Shown in pieces: positions 58,520 through 64,000 of a DNA stretch of 64,000 nucleotides. Each line of letters starts with the position of its first letter. Position 1 is the stretch's first letter. The notes under the pieces were generated by a model. That model searched no databases. It was not told where the DNA came from and saw only the letters and a program-made list of their open reading frames with translations. The stretch comes from Eledone cirrhosa (Eukaryota): positions 74,586,001 to 74,650,000 of the forward strand of contig OZ024746.1 in assembly GCA_964016885.1 (NCBI GenBank), read 5' to 3'. The translations under genes were made by a program, and so were the position numbers.

Positions 58520-58707
58520 AATTGTTTCTACTTTTGGCACAAGGCCAGCAAATACCCAGTGCATTACTGGTACTTTATTTTATCGACCCCGTAAGGATGA
58601 AAGGCACAGTTGACCTCGGCTGGATTTGATCTCAGAATGGCAAGGGCCGTAACTCTATGCGTCAAAGCATGGCGTCTGACCACCTACTGATAATGCCAAT
58701 CCACCGC
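58520..58707 (-). mobile_element. tRNA-derived SINE
   Basis: Same family; interrupts the left arm of the fold-back element. Confidence 0.88.
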
Positions 58708-59205
58708 TCTTTGCCAATGACTGCAGAAATTCCACGCAGGAGGTATGAAATTGACATAGAGTTGAATTGTTGCTTACTTTACTACACTCTAATTTTCACT
58801 CACATATTTCTATTTTGCATTGTAATTGCTTTTACAAAACTATTGCACACATGTACTCAAACACAAATATATATATATATATTTAAATGAACAAACAATG
58901 TTGTGATCGAGATGAAGCGAAGCTGTATTTGAATACATATAAAATATAGAAAACTCATCGCTAAAACAGCCATTAAAACAGCTAAATGCTGTCAAAGGCA
59001 GCGATGGGCCACAATGCCTCAGAGGAGAGAGACTAGTGACCAGTAGTCAACAAAGAGACAATCCACAAGGTGGGTGACAGGCAGATGAAATATAGAAAAG
59101 ATTGAAATATGAGGAGGACAAGAAGAGGTGTGTTCCTGCGTGAAATTTCTGCAGGCATTTTTAACAGAGGAAGACCTCGTATGGGTGTGTTATTTGATAC
59201 GCACA

Positions 59206-59392
59206 AGGCGGTGGATTGGCAGTATCGGTAGAGGGTCGGATGCCATGCTTTGAAGCATAGAGTTACCTCCCTGTATGATCTAAGTTCAAATCCCGCCGAG
59301 GTTAACTTTGCCTTTCATCCTTCCGGGGTCGATAAAATAAAGTACCAGTAATGCACTGGGTATTTGCTGGCCTTGTGCCAAAAGTAGAAACA
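59206..59392 (+). mobile_element. tRNA-derived SINE, full length, 17-bp TSD
   Basis: Same family. TSD GTTATTTGATACGCACA at 59189-59205 and 59393-59409. Confidence 0.92.
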
Positions 59393-59849
59393 GTTATTTG
59401 ATACGCACATTTATTGTTTGAACAATGCGTTTAATATAGGAATCCTTAAAGTAGTTACATGCATCTTCACAGCTATGACAGACCTCAGGTTCTTGCCTGC
59501 ATTGTTGATGTGACGGTTACTATGCATGTATATGTTGTTGTGTGTGAGTTGGTTTGGGGGTAAGAACGCTTTTACTGAGTGTCCAGAATGCACTAATGTA
59601 TATTCAGACATAGAAGTGACTGGAAGAAGGAAATAAAGAAAGGTGATGTACAAGACAAGTTTACACACATCTTCAACCTCAACAGCTCTCAAACTAGCAA
59701 AATGTTTTCTCACCATTTAATTGAGTACACCATTTTAAAATACTGGCTCGTGCAACAGAAAATAAAACTTTCTGTTGGTATGATGTGTGTGTGTGTGTGT
59801 GATAAAACAAACAGCATAGATAGGACGAAGAAAACAAAGAAAAGAAAAT

Positions 59850-59972
59850 AATTGTTTCTACTTTAGGCACAAGGCCAGCAATTACCCAGTGCATTACTGG
59901 TACTTTATTTTATCGACCCCGTAAGGATGAAAGGCAAAGTCAACCTCGGCGGGATTTGAACTCAGATCATAA
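59850..59972 (-). mobile_element. 5'-truncated SINE
   Basis: Same family; ends just past the B box. Confidence 0.85.
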
Positions 59973-60348
59973 AGAAAAGAAAATAATAGTAGTCCACTAC
60001 AGTAGTAATATGACTACTGTTGTGGACTACTACGAACACGCTCCTGACTCCATCAGCATATCAAAAGCAAAAACACTACAACTTTGCAACTGTCTGCAGA
60101 GAACACGTCAAAGGGTTATTATGCAGTCACTTCGAAATACGTATAACAGAGAATGTACATTTAAAACCGCCTTCTTCTTTATAATATTGAGACTCCGGTT
60201 GATATTTTATACATAATAATTTTAGGAACGCAACGTAGAGTGCTTTACATCTCTTTACGACCGAAGCCGGTGGATTTTTGATCAATCAACTTTCTTCACA
60301 CACACACACACATATATATATATGTGTGTGTGTGTGGTTAGGTCATCA

Positions 60349-60394
60349 TTGTCTGATGGCCCTGTGATAAACAGGCGAAAATCGAGAGTAAGAA
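60349..60394 (+). ncRNA. Degenerate hammerhead-like motif
   Basis: UUGU-CUGAUGG-c-CCUGU-GAUAA-ACAGG-c-GAAA-AUCGAGA-GUA-AGAA. A9G change and an imperfect stem III. Confidence 0.4.
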
Positions 60395-61566
60395 GCCTCA
60401 CAATTTAGCCTTAATAAATCGAATATGTATATATATATGTGTGGGTGGGTGTGTGTACATATATACATATATATATATATGTGTGTATGTATACATACAT
60501 ACACACATATATATATATATTATATTATTGTAATTTGTATATTTGTATCGATATATTTTTATGTATCCAGCCATGCATATATTTTTATATCTTTTCATTC
60601 TTCTTCTTCTTCTTCTTCTTCTTCTTCTTCTTCTTCTTCTTCTTCTTCTTCTTCTTCGAGCAAAATCTCACGTGTATGAATTTCGCAAAATGTTATCACC
60701 AAATGAAATACCGTAGTTTTTCTAATATGCCGTTTTTTTTTTTTTTAAGCGAAAAACATTCTTCATTGACATAGTTGAAATCGCATGAACATAACACACA
60801 AACGGTGAAAATGGAAAGAAAATGAATATATATGATTGAATACAATTGGATGAAATGGAAGAAATATTGCCTTAATCTTCTTTCAGAAATAATCCCAGGT
60901 TATTTTAGTCTCTGAGTTGTGTAAGTAGAATTATTTAAAATAAAATTGATAAAAATTATTAACAATATCATTAGGATTCAAAAATAATTCGTTGCACTCC
61001 TAGGGATGCGTCTAATTTTATCGCTTGCCATTTTCTCCAGCGTTGAAATCTGAAATCTGAAACAATTCCACGAGCTACAAGATATATCTAGGGAATAGTT
61101 TGTATGTTTCCAGACTTGTGTCGTATACAATAATGTGCGATCTACCAAGTATTCTGCAACTTATTTTCAGTCGCCTTTAAACGGGGATGGTGTAGGGAAT
61201 GAAAAATTACGCGATGGTGGTGTATTGATGCACAATGCGTTTCAGTGTAGTATGAAATGCATATACTAGTTAATATGTATCTATGTATGCTAATAGAAGG
61301 CGTACTGTAGCGCATAATAGGTAATGTGCGTATGTCAGTATACATCTAAGCGTACAAAATCATTGTCATATTGAAGTATGATAATCAGCTTAAATATGTG
61401 TGTGTGTATCTCTGGTGTGTGTGTGGTTACTTCTGCGTGCAATTATTGATACAGTGTTATAGATAACGCGTAAAGTGGCATACGTACATATAGACGACTG
61501 CCTACATATATGAGTGTGCATATATGCGCACGCTACATATATAATCATGTGGATATAGAGAGTGCT

Positions 61567-61618
<52 letters not shown>

Positions 61619-63096
61619 CTGTTTATGTCGTTGTAATCACTAACGAAAGAGACCTCAATATGCAATCATCGAGACAAATATACTATACTATATGAAATAT
61701 GACAAACTGACGCATACCTTCCTAGGTGCTCCGAGTTTTCCGAAGTTAATGTTACTTCATTCATCATCGGTGGTGACTTTCCGATCGCTGACGAACAAAG
61801 TAAAATCAACTAACATCGAGATGCGAGATATCGTTTACAGTAGATAAAATATAGAGGACTTGCATTTTTGAATGTGGAATAATATTTTCATTTTTTAGTT
61901 AGACTTTTGTGGCTATTTATATTGCAGTATTTGGATAATAAATCATTTATTTTTAATTTATGCCTAAGGACAGAACATTTTAGGGGAAAGGGAAAGGCAA
62001 TAAAATAGTCCCTAGCATGTGATTGGTATTTTATTTTATCTACCTCTGAAGGATGAAAGGTAAAGTTAACCTCGGTGTGATTTGAATTACGCTCTGATGA
62101 TTCTTCTGCTCTACAGATGTTTCAAAATAAGGGTTTCTATTTTAGGCAGAACAGAAATTTTGGCAAATGGGATACTCGATTATATCGACTTCAGAATTAT
62201 GAAAGACAAAGTTGACATCAGGGGGATTTGAACCGAGAAAGTATAAATTTGTAACTCAATACCGCAAAGCATTTTATCCGACGCTCTAACGATTCAGCCA
62301 ATCAACCACCCAACAGATATTTAAAAATATATAACAAAAACTATAGGGATCCTATTGTTCACTTCCTTACCACGTGGTTCTAGTTACGATCCCTCTGCAA
62401 AGAATTTTAGACAAGTTTCTACTTTTGCGGCCTGGGTTTGACCAGTAGCTATTGAGTAAATTCTATACAACGTATCTTACTTTTTCTTAGCTATCTCCCT
62501 TACAATATGATAATAGTTAGGTACGACATTGTAACGAGTATCTTGTGTTTCTTTAATGGTTGTGTTAGTCCAATTCACACCTATTATCTTATCGATACAA
62601 ATATACACATCATAGATATAATTCTTCAGATATACTCTCTGGGGTCCAGACGTTTATATGAGGTGAAGATCTCTTTGTACTGAACGAATTTTCAAGTGTA
62701 AATAACCAGCTGCACTTTTATGCAAATCTACACACTTTTTTGTTCCGACTCAATACAAATCCCACAGGAGTCAAGAGTACTTTCTATTCCTCGACATGAA
62801 GGCATAAACCGATTTATTAGCGGTCTATTCAATATTTATTCCTGTACTTAAAAGATTTTAACCTAGACTAAGCAAAACGTATAGTTATGGCGCTCGTACT
62901 CACCGACCTAATCCACATTATCATCGTCATCATCGTTATTACCATCATCATTATCATCATCATCATTACCATCATCATCATTATCAACATCATAATCATC
63001 CTTACCATCTACCTCGCCGTGCCACCGTCACCAGTCGCTCCACCGTCACTGTCGCTCCACTGTCAACATCGCGCCGCCGTCACCATCGCGCCGCCG

Positions 63097-63145
<49 letters not shown>

Positions 63146-63636
63146 ATATGAGTTTCTTTTTCGTCGTCTTTTTCTGCATTCTTCTTTTGTATTATTATCA
63201 TATAGCCCCAATATTCATCCTATTAAAGTTAAGTATTTGTAAACCCATTTCTTGTGGAAGGGATCTTTCATTAGTCAAACTAGCAGAAAAACCACTGTTC
63301 GGGTGGTTTTCTGCTAGCATGTGTAGTGTGTATATTGATATTATACGCAAGTATATATACATGTAGATATGATACGTCAAATAAAATCGTAATTTACAAT
63401 ATATAATACATAGAAATTGAACGAAGACTGCGTTACCCTTATGTAATCAGTAACGTAATCCATGATACATTAAAAAAGACGATATTATATATAAACTGCA
63501 TTAGGAGAAAATTAGTGACAGAAAATTAGCGATGGCCAACCGGAAGTGTTGACATTTCAGAAATTTTAAAGAAGTGAATCTTTAAATAAACAAAATATAT
63601 TTAATGAACAGCCACGAAATTTAGTAGATAAATTAC

Positions 63637-63784
63637 ATGCTTTCCAGCATAGTTACGTCCCTTTACGATCTGAGTTCAAATCCCGCCGAGGTTGACTTTG
63701 CCTTTCATCCTTACGGGGTCGATAAAATAACGTACCAGTAATGCACTGGTTATTTGCTGGCCTTGTGCCTAAAGTAGAAACAAT
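63637..63784 (+). mobile_element. 5'-truncated SINE
   Basis: Same family. Further decayed copies lie at about 8180-8270, 10690-10860, 11820-11960, 47250-47390, 50040-50290, 54170-54320 and 61960-62320. Confidence 0.85.
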
Positions 63785-64000
63785 TATTTATTCAAAGTAA
63801 TCCAACTTATTTTACAAACGGGATAAAAAAAATAAAAAAATCGTAGGCAATCCGCAGACCTTCCTTTATTATAGTTTAGATGGCCTACCTGCTACCAACA
63901 CCTGCACAAATTGTTTGGTAAACCGTGACTGATGAAACAATCGTTTACGTCACCACCATGTAAATAAGAAAACATACACTGCCATGCGCCTCTGTAGCAA

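Larger units (their letters stand above)
58272..59611. mobile_element. Fold-back element with long TIRs, each arm interrupted by a SINE
   Basis: Arms 58272-58740 and 59134-59611 are reverse complements (about 280 bp excluding the SINEs). Flanks TGGAGTGA / AGAAGTGA match at 6 of 8 positions. Confidence 0.7.

Noticed and set aside
63530-63552. YY1/ETS-like promoter motif ATGGCCAACCGGAAGTG
   Set aside because: Isolated motif with no supporting gene structure in the window.
63925-63955. Hammerhead at GTGA-CTGATGA-AAC-AATC-GTT
   Set aside because: No GAAA after the stem.

Overview
AT-rich, microsatellite-saturated, non-coding eukaryotic DNA. The mix of (TA)n, (CA)n, (GA)n and trinucleotide arrays and the SINE type suggest a coleoid cephalopod (octopus-like); this is an inference. 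No intact protein-coding gene is supported, and the long ORFs in the track are repeat artefacts. Recognisable content: about 20 copies of a tRNA-derived SINE; relics of RTE-, CRE-, L1/Tx1- and probably Penelope-type retrotransposons; a non-autonomous Helitron; Tc1/pogo-type DNA transposon relics; a 1.3-kb fold-back element; and a 24-bp minisatellite of about 70 copies. The main hidden signal is a set of short (150-650 bp) non-coding islands within (TA)n tracts, from at least 8 unrelated families. They carry type-I hammerhead ribozyme motifs with palindromic stem-III loops; about 12 are readable by eye, several have intact cores, and two families show compensatory stem changes. They share a recurring 'inverted arm + sense arm + unique tail' architecture typical of Penelope-like element pseudo-LTR insertions. 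All folds were read by hand, not computed.
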